Shown: piece after piece, positions 39,101 through 51,719 of the stretch
How the letters are laid out: every line of letters starts with the position of its first letter
How positions within the stretch are numbered: the stretch's first letter is position 1
Source of the DNA: Cycas panzhihuaensis
Taxonomy: Eukaryota > Plantae > Cycadophyta
Direction: 5' to 3'
Assembly: GCA_023213395.1 (NCBI GenBank)
Contig: CM041465.1
Span: forward strand, 196,981,741 to 197,045,740
Length of the DNA stretch: 64,000 nucleotides
Notes under the pieces: generated by a model
Told to the model about the DNA's origin: nothing
Database searches by the model: none
Seen by the model: only the letters and a program-made list of their open reading frames with translations
Made by a program: the position numbers and the translations under genes

Positions 39101-40333
39101 ATGAAGTAGGCATCACTGTTGGGAAATGATGAGGAAGGATTTTGAGAAGAATGAAAAGGAGCTATTGTGCCTATTCCTGAAATTTCAACTGATTCATTGT
39201 TTCCAAAGGTCATTGATTGACCTTTACCTTCCTTGATGTTGCATAGGAGTTCTTCACTCCCTGTCATATGTTGGGAAGCTCCTAAATCGACGATCCAAGT
39301 GTTGTCAATGTTGCATGATTGGTATGCACAAAACAATTTGTCTTCATTGGCAAACTGATTAAAATGGCATTGGTAGCCACCTCTTTGACCCCCCCTGCCT
39401 CTTGGACCTCCTTGATAGGCACCTCGATTTGGTCGAGGGGGATTCACCGGTGATCCGCCGTTGGAACCTTTGTTGAAACTGTTGTCGTGGCTGCTGTTGT
39501 CTTTGACCCCGTATCGCCGCCGCCGTTGTTGTCTTCGAAGATCCGCTTGCTTCTTTCTGCAATCAGGTGCAATGTGGCCAGGTTTGCCACAATAATGACA
39601 TACGACATTGGACTTGGAAGATCCAATGTTCATATTTCCAAACTGCTTTGTGAATTGGATTTTTGATTTGCCTTTGCCTTTGCCGTGAAAGCACCGTTGT
39701 AGATGGTTCTTCATTATCCTTAGCATAAATTTGTTCTTCTTGAAGCAATAAGCTTTCAAGTTCATTGAATGTCATCTCCCGTAGTGAACCATCTCGTGTA
39801 GTTGATGATATAAAGCCGTTGTAGTCCTTTGGTAATGCTTTTGTGATGGAGGCTATGATTTTATCTCTTGTAGCTGGACTACCTAAAGTATTTAATTCAT
39901 TACAAACCTCCTTAATGGAGGACAAGAATGCCGACATTGGCTTTACAAATTTGATAGAGTACAATTTTGCTTTTATCATCAAAATGCGAGCTTCATCTCG
40001 CCTTTCATACAAAGAGGACAATGTGTCCCATGCTTCTTTAGAAGATTTTGCAGAAGAAATATTTTGGTCTACATTTATGTCCACAACCATACGAATGAAT
40101 GGCAAAGCAATTTTGTTTTTGGCCTCCCATGCAGCAACATATTCATCATCCACAGGTGCAGGTTGATTTTCATTATTATTATCCACAGGTGCAGGATTGG
40201 GGATTCTTCCAGAAACATATCCCCAAAATTCATTCATTATCAAGAGATTTTTTGTGATTCTTTTCCATTCTTGATAATTTGATTGCCCTGTTAGCCTTAT
40301 GGTACATGCATTAAGCATGTTTATGGCAGCCAT
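36175..40333 (-). pseudogene. E6 gag-pol polyprotein (frameshifted)
   Basis: ORFs 39563-40333 (gag), 38782-39765 (knuckle/protease), 38184-38819 (integrase) and 36441-37715 (RT/RNase H) closely match E5. Confidence 0.95.
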
Positions 40334-41682
40334 CTTTCCACTTGATTAAGAGCTAGCAAGTAACTTGGTGACTTCAAAGCTTCGCTTAAGACCCACCCTC
40401 AAACAACACCACCAGTCTTGATTTTACAAGAAGATCCAACAACCGGTGGGGTGAAGAGAGGTGGAGGACTCTGGCTATTGAGTTGACCCAAAGTTAAGTG
40501 TAGCGGAGGCAAGGATTTGACCTTTTTCGAGCCTCTCCAACCCAATTTTAAATTCACTTTTAAACAAGTCTAAGTGAATTTTTAATGTCCTCTTACTTGG
40601 ATTTTTATGCCTTTTGGCTTACAAAGAATGCTTCTTAAGAAGCAATGAAAGAATGAGCACAAAAAAAAGATTTCAAGTGCTTTATGATCCAAGTGAGGTG
40701 CTATGTATGCTTGAGTACAATGATAAAGTACTTTGAGTACTTAAAAGAAAATGATGTAAGGCACCTTTGATGAAGACAACAAAAATGGGTTCCTTTTAAC
40801 TTTCAAAATCTGATGAAGTGATGAAGCCACAAGGAAGGTGTACTCAAGAAATGCTCCAAAGCCAATACGAACTCCACGCAGCAGCTGTTGAGACTTAAAA
40901 TGTCTCAACAATCCAACAAAGAAATTGTGATTTTATTAAGTTTCACATTGAGTCTTCCCTTTTTTGAACTTTGGAAGGCCAAGGTCACCATGCAAGGTGC
41001 CAGAAAAAAATGAAATTAGGTGGTAATTTTCTTCACCTTTACAATGTAGATATGCCTTTTGATTACATTAATTAAGCTCAATGATGCTTTAATAGCATGA
41101 AGGTGTGCTAAAAGAGCTTAAAACAAGTGCTGAAAATCAACTTTTTAACAATTTTGCCTCCTTAGAACACCACGCAGGGAGTCTTTTTAGGCATTTTAAC
41201 CAAGCACCATTATACTTCAATAAGAGGAGAATGACTTGTCATTCGTTGAGTCCTCTTTTGATCAACAAAATTTTAATCAAGTTAAGTACTAAAGAAAAAT
41301 ACTTTTGAGAACCACTTATAAAAAAGCTTTATAAGTGAGATTAAATCTCACTAAAAAAAAATAGATTTCTTAAGGTAATTATACGCCAATGTCTCAGAAA
41401 AATCTTCAAGTAGGCCCAAATTTATAAAGACTTAAAGTCTCTTAAGACTCCCTTGATTAAAAGAAATTCTTCTTAAGTAAAAAATTCTCTTAAAAGAAAG
41501 AAACCTTAAAAGACTTTGATTCACATGAGCATATTGTTGAAAATATGCTATTATGTATATATCAAGGTGTTGATTTTTCAATCGCAATTGATAGAATGGG
41601 CACTGGTGATCAAAGGCGTACCGACCGGCAAGCAGGCCGATCTTGTTGGCGCCGCTTGATTGGGTTGTGTCCGACCGCGTAG

Positions 41683-41745
41683 GCCGACTTGGCAGTGTGC
41701 TGACTTGGCAGTGTGCTGACTGGGCAGAGTGCTGACTGGGCACTG
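41683..41745. repeat. 16-bp tandem repeat (GCTGACTKGGCAGWGT, ~4 copies) in the E6 5' leader
   Basis: gccgacttggcagtgt gctgacttggcagtgt gctgactgggcagagt gctgactgggcactgc. Confidence 0.85.
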
Positions 41746-42116
41746 CGGTCGGGTCTTGACCGGTGGCGTGGCCGATTGGATCGAGCGCACTGACCGGCCG
41801 CCGATTGGGCGCCACCGACCGGGCGCACTGATTGGGCGCCGACCGGGCCGCTGTCGACCGGGCCGGGGTGAGAGAGTATGTAGTTCGTGAATCCTCTTCT
41901 GCGGTGGTTTGAGCAGTCCCTTGCGCAGGTGTCCTTTATGCATAGCTTTGGACAGGCAGAGCTCTGCAAATATGGACTTCTTCAAGTGCAGGGATAGAGG
42001 ATAGTCCAAAGGCATGATTTCAAGAACAGAAGACAAAGATGACAAGTTAACAGTGCTTAAACAAACTTAGCTTTCAAACAAACCAAGTTTAGAAACCTTT
42101 CAGCTCTGATACCAAA

Positions 42117-42657
42117 TGTGAAAATGGGCATTAAAGCCACATTAGTCCCAAGAACTTAAGTGAAAGCACAATACCACAAATGCATGAAGCATAAAACACA
42201 AAGAACACAAAGAGAAATAGGAGCAAGATCAAGATACCATGAATGGGAGTTGGAATTAGTCCAACCACCAAAGAATGCTTCAACTTGATTAGCAAACTGA
42301 CAGAATAACAATGAGCTCCTCCTCTTGAGATGAGCAACAATGAAGAGAGGTCTCTTTAAATAGAAGAAGATGAGAGGCCAAAGGCTATTGCATGATTGAC
42401 AAGTATCAATCATGCAATGCATGCTTGCATGTAGGACAAGTGTCCCTTGGGAGCTCATGTGAGCAAAAGTGCAACGGGGTCATTTGACCCTTAAGTGACA
42501 ATGTTATGTCACTAGACATAAAGTGGGTGTGTACTTTATCACTTAAGTGATAAAGTCACACCTAAAGTACAAAAGTGCAAAAGTGCACACATAATACAAG
42601 AATAGAAAGTACATTAGCTTAACATTATAAACATAAGGTAAACCATGAGGTTTAACA
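42117..42657 (-). repeat. 5' LTR of E6
   Basis: Adjacent to the PBS; TG...CA ends; TSD follows. Confidence 0.93.
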
Positions 42658-42662
42658 TGTCT

Positions 42663-44000
42663 TGTGTCTCATTTTTTGAAAATACATCCCTCCCTATTAG
42701 AATTGATGGAACCCCACTTCAAATTTTGCTTTGTGTGATATTCATTGTGCATTAAAGTTGCATTGCTTGGTGGAATGATTTTACATTAGGTAAATATTTC
42801 TCTAGGATTTTGCTAGAAGCTCCATATGGTGTTTAGTTGCGCATGTAACCTTGTTGGTTATAAGGTGGAGGACACAATATGTCTTCTCGTGGGTGTTCCA
42901 CTTGTGCCTGCAATCTTGCAATTTTGGCCTTTAGGTTCTCCACTTTTCGATTTCTCACTTTGCATCTTGTTGGTATGTAGACTGATGGTTGCAACTTGAA
43001 AGCTTCAATTTCTCTCCTCAATGCTTCAATTTTTGCATTTGGTCCCATTTCTTGTTTGCAAGTTGGTAGTCTACTTTTGATTTTCAAATTTCAATGGAAA
43101 TTCCTCATACTTGTTCATAGCTTGTCATTGGATGCAAATTTGCTTTGTCTTGCAAATGTAGTGTAAGGCCTTGGGCGAAGTACTTTGGGATGTGCATTTG
43201 AGAGAGGGGTATTAGAATCCATTTTATTAATAATGATTTGCATTTTTTTTTGTCAAAGTCTATAATTGAATCTCTTCTAGTGCTTGGAGAATAGTCATAG
43301 GAATTCGTAGGTTTTGAAATTGACCCAAGAATTTTGTTTGAATGACGTCTCTAGAAGGATTGGAGGTATTTATATATTGGCACCAAGAAATTGCTACCAC
43401 TCTTAATGTGACAAAGAATCTCGCCTTAATTTCATCCAAATCATTCATCTTTTTGATTTGTAGTAGATTCTTGAATAACGCTAAGTGATTTACAAGATTT
43501 CCTATACCCTCATATTGTAACGTATCAAAAGCTATAACGTTTTGTATAGTTACATAGGGGGTTATTGGGGGTATTGGCATATTCCACCTTGTGTTAGCCA
43601 ACACTATTGATCTTGATGGGGGGTTGGTGCCCACTATCAAACCTATTGATGGCGTGAATTTGTGTCCAATATAGGACCCTCTTGCTAATAGTGGATTTGT
43701 GCCCAAGATTCAACCTCCTCCTATTGGTGTATTTGTACCCAAGATTGAGCCTCCTCCTCCAATGTACTTCCACCTCTAGGAGGGTTATTAGCACTTCCTC
43801 CTATTGGTGGGGTACTTATGCTTGCCCCTTTAGATGGAGTACTTCCCACGATTGCTCCTACAAGTGGATCTATCATGCTTCCTTTGTACAAGGGATTATT
43901 TCTATGGGTATATGGAGTGAGCACCTCTAGGTTAGGGTGCCCCCAACCTCTATTTCAAGAAATTTTAGTCTTGTTTTCTTTCATGACATCTCCACCTGAG
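42663..44000 (-). pseudogene. E7 gag with Pro/Gly-rich repetitive N-terminal region
   Basis: ORFs 43721-43924, 43260-43706 and 42833-43087; homologous to E4 gag. Confidence 0.75.
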
Positions 44001-44459
44001 TTTCAATAACAATGGCTATTGATAGTTGTTGAGCCAAGTGCAATTTTAGAGCATTTGTTGTAGGTTCTTCCTATGTCATATTACACCACCATGTCTTTGG
44101 AGATACTTTCACGCCCTCAACTTACCCTTTTGAAACCTTTGTTATTTCCTCCAAATCATCTTTTGCTTGTTGTAGAGTTGGAATCTACTATTCAGGGGTT
44201 ACAAGTTATTCAATCTTTTTTCTTTCTTGGGGTTACCCCTTTTTTGTCATCCCTCCTTGATCAGGGTTTCCAGGCAATTTCCTCTTTGCTTGGGGTCTAT
44301 ATTTTACTGCAAACTACAACTTCAATGTACTCACTTGTTCTCTTTATGCCTTCCAATACTTGGTCCTCTTAGTTTTGGTATTTGGCATCACTTTGGGATT
44401 GACTTTGGGTGGCATTATAAGACCTCCAGTTGATTCCCCTTGCCTTGAAGGGCTGTCTT

Positions 44460-47400
44460 TGAAAGAATCCCTAGATACAAGAAGATGAAAGTAATCTTTA
44501 TTGCTTTATGATATAAGAGAGGATTGTACAAGTATTTAAAGAGTACATGAAATGCATGAGTGACAAGTGTCAATCAAGCTAGACAGGTATAACCACCTTC
44601 TAAATACAAAGAGATTTGAGTTAGACCGTCTAATGTTACAAAGAGTACATATTATTTCTAACACCCCCCACAATGTTTGCTCTTTATCCCTTAACCTAAT
44701 TTTCTTCCTAAAGTACATGAACTTATCCTTCTCTAGTGGCTTGGTGAAGATGTTTGTTGGTTTCTCTTTGTTGGCACAATAGTGCAACTTTATCTCCTTC
44801 TTTTGCACCTTTTCCTGAAGTTGTCTAAGTTCTTCTAAGAGCCTTTGGAGCCATATGGCTTCACAGGTGGTGTTGATTATTGCTTTGTATTCGACTTTAG
44901 TGGATGATATGGCAATAGACTGTTGTTTCTTACTACTCTAGGAAGTCATTCATGAATTTGGAGTAAAACAATATTTAGAGGTGGATTTTCTTTTATTAGC
45001 TTCTCCTACCCAATCTGAGTTAGTGTAGCCTACTAGTTTAAGCTTGTGATTTCTTGAATGCTCTAAACCAAGATTTATTATCCCTTTGACATATATTAGT
45101 ATCCTCCTTGCAGCTTGCCAATGGGATTTCTTGGGTGATGCCATGAATTTGGAGATCATCCCTATTGCAATAATATGATATGGTCATGTTATAGTCAAGT
45201 GTATCTAACATCCAACTAATTTTTTGAACAAGGTTTCATCCACTGGTTTCCCTCTTTCATTAGTTGCAATTTTGCTTCCAGTTTCCATTGTTGTAGCTGT
45301 AGGCTTGCACTCTAACATGTTCTTTGAATATTTTGATTGGGACAAAAAAAAAATGTTTGTCGCACTTTGATCAAACTCTACCCCTAAATAATAATGCAAT
45401 AGGCCCATGTCTACAATCTCAAAGGAGTCACTCAACATGCTTTTGGTGGACTAGACATTTTCTTCATCAATTCCTATGAGAATGAGGTCATACACATATA
45501 GAACAAGTATAGTGATTCCTCCTTGCTTAATTTGATGTATAGATTAAGAGGATTTGAACTACGTTTGACAAATCCTTTCTGTTGGAGGTGATGATCAATA
45601 TTTGTACTCCTTGATTATGGGGCTTGTTTTAGCCCCTAATGGCTTTATTGAGTTTGCAAATTAGGTGCTCATTCCTTTTTGGCATATCTTGGAAGTTGTT
45701 CCAAGTCTATTTCTTCCTCAAATTCCCCCATTTAGAAAGCACTTTTTACATCCGTCTAGTATGCTTTCCATCATTGTTGTGCTGTCAGTGCCAAGAATAT
45801 CCTAGTAATGATCATCTTGGCTATTGGAGCAAATGCTTCTTCATAATCTAATCTTTTGGTTTGAGTGAACCCCTTTGCAAACAATTGGACTTTGTACCTC
45901 TTGATAGATCCGTCTGATTTCTCCTTGGCTTTATATACCCATTTGCAACCTATAATGGGTTTGTTTTGAGGAGCTTTGACCAGATCCTGGGTATTATTCT
46001 TATGGATAGCTTGTAGTTCTCCTGTGGGCTCTAACCACTTCTTGTCTGTTTATGCTTCTTCATAGGTTTGAGGTTCTATATTGTAGATTAGAGCCTAATG
46101 GGATTTGGTTTTTTGTCTTTTCACAATTCCTATTTCATCACTAGTCTGTATGTTTGAATCTTGAATTGTTTTTAGGCACCGTTTTGGTACCCTCTTAATG
46201 GGAATGGGAGTCATTTCTTCTTTAGGGAGCCCTCCTAAAATTTCTTCCTCGACAGGTCTTGTTGAAATTTCTTTTTTCGTGGATCTTGATTTGCCTTCTT
46301 CACTCTCTCTGTGCCTGCAGAGAATTCCAAATCCAAATTTTGGTTTTGTAGAGTCTTTCCTGTATTCATCAAAGGTGACATCTTTGTTGGTAATTATTTT
46401 GTTGGACTTAATGTCACTGCATCTTTTAGCCTTTAATTTTTTATTAGATCCCATAAAAAATTGATTTTAAGCATTTATCGTCTAATTTCTTTTGTTTGTC
46501 CTTTGGAATATGGACACATACAATGCTCCCAAAAAATCTTAAATGACTTATGTTAGGTTTCTTACGTGACCAACCTTCTTCTGGGGATATTCCTTGTAAG
46601 GCCTTTGTTGATCACTTGTTCAAAAGATAAACAATTATGTTTATAGCTTTTGCCCAATAGATATTGGACACACTTTTGCCTTTTAGTGTGCTCCTAGCTA
46701 TTTTGCGATGGTCCTGTTCTTGCATTTTGAAACTCCATTAGATTGAGGAGTATATGTTGTGGTGAACTGTCTTTTTATGCCATGAGCTTGACAATATTTA
46801 TATAAATCATTAAAAATGAATTCTCCTCTATTGTTAGTCCTTAAGATTTTAATTTTCTTCACTTTCCCTTTCAACTTGAGCTTGGAAGGCCTTAAAAGTC
46901 TTAAAAACTTCACATTTTTCCGAATAAAATAGACTCAGGTTTTCTTTGAGTAGTCATCTATGAAGGTTAAGAAGTACCTAACCCCTCCAACTAATAGAGT
47001 TGTTATAACTTTACATATGCCACCATGAACTAGCTCTAGTTTGATCTAAGATCTCCAAGTATGTTCTTGAAGTTTAGTTCTCTGTTGTTTCTTTAACATG
47101 CAACCTTCACACACAACTTTATTAACTAAAATTTTAGGAAGACCATTTACCATGTTTAATTTTGAGAGCACGATAAGATTTTCATACGACAAATATCCAT
47201 ACCTTAAATGCCAAATTTCATTATTGTTAGCTTTATCACTTATAGGAAGAGCATGAGTAGCTAGGTTGACAAGAAACTTGTACAGGCCATCTACTTTTAC
47301 CCCTTCACTTGTGACTTTGTAATCTTGGTTTTTATCTAGAATGAAACATTCACCATCTTCAAACTTGAACCTTGAGATGTTTCTTTATCATATGTGATAC

Positions 47401-50025
47401 AGACAATATATTCTTTTTAAGTCCTGGAACATACAAGACATTTCTTATTTTGTTTACATTTCCATTATTCATTTTTACAGGAATAGTTCGTATACCTTTG
47501 ATAGAGTGGGTAGTGTTATCCCCACATTGTGTTGCAACATTTGTTTCATATGTTTTGAGTTTCTTAAATTAGTCTCGTTCAAGTGTCATATGGCAAGATG
47601 CTCTTGAATTAATGAACCAGTTGTCCTTGGAGGTGACTTGAAATGACAAGGCTACAACGAAGTTTGTTTCTTCTAGTTCATCCTCTTCTTTTTCGCTACT
47701 ATAGTTTCTTGCAACTTTCTTTCCTTGTGTTACGTTTGCCCTTTTCATCATGTAGTCTTTGGCATAGTGTCCATGTTTGCCACAATAGAAATAGGTGATT
47801 CTTTGAGGCATATTTTTTGGATTAGTGCTTTTGGCCTCGGCTTAGTTTATAGTGTTCTTCCCTTCCTACATGTTAGCTTTTTTTAATATTCCAACTTTGG
47901 AAGAAAAACACATTTTCTACTTTAGTTTTCTCTTCAAACCTCTTCTTTTTTTTGTTCTTGATGCAAAATATGACCACACAAAATTTCAAATTTTACTTTT
48001 TTAAGATCACTAGAAAAGGTTAGAGTAATGACAAGATGTTCATATGGTTTGGGCAACTTATTTAGAGTCAGTTTTACAAACTCTTCTTTGGAAAGCACTC
48101 CTCCAATTATAACAAGTTGCTCTCCTAGCTCTTTAATCTTTGTGATGGATCCAAAGGCACTTTCATTCTCCTTCACATTTTCATGGTTCAACTCTTTTTT
48201 TAGTGCAAGAATCCTAGTTACATTTTTTTGAGCATAAAGGGAAGCCTAGGTTTTCTACGCTTCACGAGTAGTGCTGGCAGTGGTGATATGTGAGAGAATA
48301 TGATTAGAAATAGAAAGAATGATCGCTGCCAATGCATACTTTTCAGTCATAGATTTTTGTTTTGGTCAAATTTGTGGGCTTTGTAACCACTTTCTCTCAG
48401 GCCCCTTTTGTAAACATGATGCCTTTCATCTTCTCTTTCCATGTAGTATAATTATCACTAGTTAGCTTAACTTGCCTAGGCAATGAATAAATAGAAGCCA
48501 TGGAGAAGAGAGAAAATATGAAAAAATTAGAAGTTGAGAGCTGAAGTGGTTTGTGTAGACTATGGAATGACAATAAAGTAACAAAAGTGTTTGTGCTTCC
48601 AACACTACTTTGGATCTACAATTGTTTTTCAAAATGGATGTGCAAGATGAGAAAATGCCCTCTGAGTGGGTAGTGGTAGCTAGGGTTTTAAACCCTATTT
48701 TACTCATATATCCCTCTGTATAGCTTGGATTATTACTAGTGCAGACTTTATCAGTCCGTGAGCGCCGATAGGCACTTGTAATTACACCAGTTGCAATCAA
48801 ACTCGAATATCTCCATTTCTTGATGTGTATATTGGGCATGGGCTACGGATTAGAGTTTGAGACGAAACAATCTCTGCATCAATCCATCTTCATCTCCTCC
48901 AATGCTTCCATCGCACCTCAACGCTTACTGCCGACTCGACCACATATAGTGTGCTCCATCGTAGTGGATACGTGGTAACGAGAGGTCAGATGCTCGTTAC
49001 AAATGGGCACCTTGTAAATCTAGCTAATCTTTATTGGCCAACATTAGCACAAAGCATATTGTCTTTGGCAAGTTTGTTTGACATGGTTTACTATTTTTAA
49101 TACAAATTATCATTTAGATTTAGTTTGTATTCTCTCCAATCTTTCCATCCCTTTTATCACATTTGACATCCTCATCTCCGTATGGGCATCCGTATTCCAC
49201 ATGGCTCATGGTCGTTGATATTATGCGATTAGCGTTCCAATCTGTTTCTCCCTCTTGAAATTGTGCCATGCAATCCTTCTAAAACTGTTTCTCCCTCTTG
49301 AAATTGTGCCACGCGTGTGTGAATTCAATTTTTTTTTTTTTTTTTTTAATATTTTTATAAAAGGGGAGTTTATGCTACCCCTGAGAGTGGAGAAGCTCGT
49401 CACCTAAGTTATCTGAGGGCGCCTATCGGCGCAACAAGGTCTTTTTTTTTTGGAATGGTAGTCACTAGACAAAGGAATTTAGAGTAAAAATTTCATCATA
49501 AAAAGCTCAAATTATTTTAAAAATGCAAAATTGCAAAACGATGACTAAACTCCCTTTTTCATGGAAAATAGAGCCCCAAATGACTCCAAAAAATTTGAAA
49601 AGAAAATATATTTAAAAAGTGTAGAGAAGGGCAAAACTGAATACATATATATACATATAGAGAGAGAGAGAGAGAGAGGGATTCACACAATTTCATATTA
49701 TTAAGAACATAAATCACGCTTGAAGTCTTCAATGGTCTCTCTAAGCTTTTTTTGATCAATCTTGAAGCCTCTGTAAATGATTCCTTTAAGATGGCCTAAA
49801 TTTAGACTTGCTCTGATACCATGAAAGAATCCCATGATGCAAGAAAAAAGCAATCTTTATTGCTTGATGATACAAGAGAGGATTGTACATGTATTTAAAG
49901 AGAGTACATGAAATGCATGAGTGACAAAGTGCCAATTGTGCTAAGATAGGTGTAACCACCTTCTAAATACATACATTCTAAGTTAGACCAACTAATGCTA
50001 CAAAGACTAAATATTTTTTCTAACA
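44460..50025 (-). mobile_element. Old full-length Ty1/copia element E8 with short (204-bp) LTRs
   Basis: LTRs at 44460-44663 and 49822-50025; TSD GTCTT/ATCTT (1 mismatch); PBS rc at 49810-49821; PPT rc at 44664-44669; gag 47934-48191, knuckle/protease 47569-47811, integrase 46698-46913, RT/RNase H 44700-46080. Confidence 0.92.
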
Positions 50026-50379
50026 ATCTTTACACTCTTCTTATTATCTTGGTTGTTTAGCGTCTCACCTTTCAAAGCCAAATTCAAGACGACTACGAAA
50101 CAAATGTGTGCTACCTGACCATGGGCTCATTGACATCATCCAAATTTGAGTACAAACAAGTGCACAATGTCCCTCAACACATAATTGAGGCAAGCTTCCC
50201 TTATTATTACAAAAGAAAGAGTTGTATTTGGTCCTTTCACAACAAAATATAGTGTGAACAATGCAGTACAAAAGAGAAGAGAACAACAACAATGATTGCA
50301 TTGATGGCCTCAAGGAATTGGTTGATTGGAAGTACCAAAAAGGCCTAATGACGGATTCATGTTTTACAATATAACACTT

Positions 50380-50815
50380 TATATATATATATATATATAT
50401 ATATGCCTCACAGTATAATATTTGATATATATATGTGTGTGTGTGTGCGTGTGTGCACGTGTGGAAAAGTTGATCATAATCAACACATAATAATGATCGT
50501 GGTCAACATGTTAGATGTTGCGATCAATGACGGTGGTGGACAGTCTCGGTCGATTTTGAGGATAATCTTCACAATTTGATAACTATTTTCGGTCCAGTCT
50601 TTATATATAAATTGCAAAGATTATCCTCAAAATCGTTAGAGACTGACCACCACTGCCCGCCACCATCGTTATATATATAGATATATATATGTAACGATGG
50701 TGGCGGCAGTGGTGGTCAGTCTCGACCGATTTTGAGGATAATCTTTGCAATTTAATAACTATTTCTGGTCTATGTGTGTGTATGTACGTAAATGCTGACT
50801 GCCGCTGTTGTCAAA

Positions 50816-50867
<52 letters not shown>

Positions 50868-51066
50868 GTGTTCCACCGTCGTTGATCACAATATATATAT
50901 GCCATTGTTGTTCATCACAGCATCCAACATGTTGGTATATGGACTGGAAATAATTATCAAATTGTGAAGGTTATCCTCAAAAGTGGTCGAGATTGATCGC
51001 CACTGTCATTGCTCAACATGTTGATTGGGATCATTGTTGTGTGTTGGTTACGATTGATTTGTCCAT
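50380..51066. repeat. Microsatellite-embedded fold-back (inverted repeat) array
   Basis: Unit ...GGTGGTCAGTCTCGACCGATTTTGAGGATAATCTTYRCAATTT... in alternating orientation at ~50463-50596 (+), 50608-50670 (-), 50692-50770 (+) and 50940-51066 (-); (TA)n/(TG)n at 50380-50462, 50671-50690 and 50819-50863. Confidence 0.88.
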
Positions 51067-51189
51067 AGCTCTTCAATGATCAGGATCGTCTTTATCCCCA
51101 TTGTGTTGGCCTTGTGATAGTTTCTCAATTTCCTCTTACCAATCTGATATGGACCATCTTCCTGGCACACACTTCTCAATATTAAGAAT

Positions 51190-51640
51190 CTAGACTTGTT
51201 TTTTTGATTGCTTCATTGTATCCATGGTCACCTCTTTGTCCTTGTTAGGGGCCTTCTCACCATTGTGTTCCATGTAAGTATCATCATAATATTTGGGAGA
51301 CGAAGTGTATGTTGAAGCGTGCAAATGTATGCTAAATTTGCCCCACCTATCAATAATGATTCTCAGGATTTTTTGCAAAGAAACCTTTTTCGCCCCTCTT
51401 TTGCAATTTTCCAAATTGACTCTAGAATTGGTCCACAATATCTGAGCGAAACACCGCACCTTTTCCCACCTTGTATCATAAACAGTGTAGTTTCTAGCTT
51501 GTGTTTATTCAACCATTTGAAGCCTCCCACACTATCTAGGCCTTTGAAAGCACTGCTTTCCAAGGCTGCAGATGATCCCTTCAGCATGATGAAATCTGTT
51601 GCAAGCTGTGTTTATGGGTGTTGGCTTTTAAGTAGAGAGT
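51190..51640 (-). pseudogene. hAT-family (DUF659-type) transposase relic
   Basis: IIDRWGKFSIHLHASTYTSSPKYY resembles the hAT IIDxRW...PLHAAAYxLNPxY motif; an upstream TQLATDFIMLK segment resembles the TRFAT motif. Confidence 0.6.
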
Positions 51641-51719
51641 AGTGGCTCAATTTGACTTGGTCAACATTATTGTTTATTTTTTATTTTTTATCTTTAAATA
51701 AGTTTTAATTTTAAAAAAT

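Larger units (their letters stand above)
35629..42657 (-). mobile_element. Young full-length Ty1/copia element E6 (same family as E5), nested in E7 gag
   Basis: LTRs at 35629-36160 and 42117-42657 (near-identical); TSD TGTCT at 35624-35628 and 42658-42662; PBS rc at 42103-42114; PPT rc CCCCCCCTTA at 36161-36170. Confidence 0.97.
12076..50380 (-). mobile_element. Old internally deleted gypsy element E7, host of E4, E6 and E8; pieces at ~12076-13500, 31738-35628, 42658-44459 and 50026-~50380
   Basis: Removing the TSD-bounded inserts rejoins these pieces. Minus-strand gag HLALFKNLLQIKKMNDLDEIKARF (43260-43706) is homologous to E4 gag. The RT-leader YKDVFALSYKDLKGI lies at ~34360-34410 on the minus strand. 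Outer limits are uncertain because the LTRs are not resolved. Confidence 0.55.

Noticed and set aside
41683-41745. Short regularly spaced repeats as a CRISPR-like array
   Set aside because: Head-to-tail repeats without unique spacers, in a eukaryotic retrotransposon context with no cas genes.
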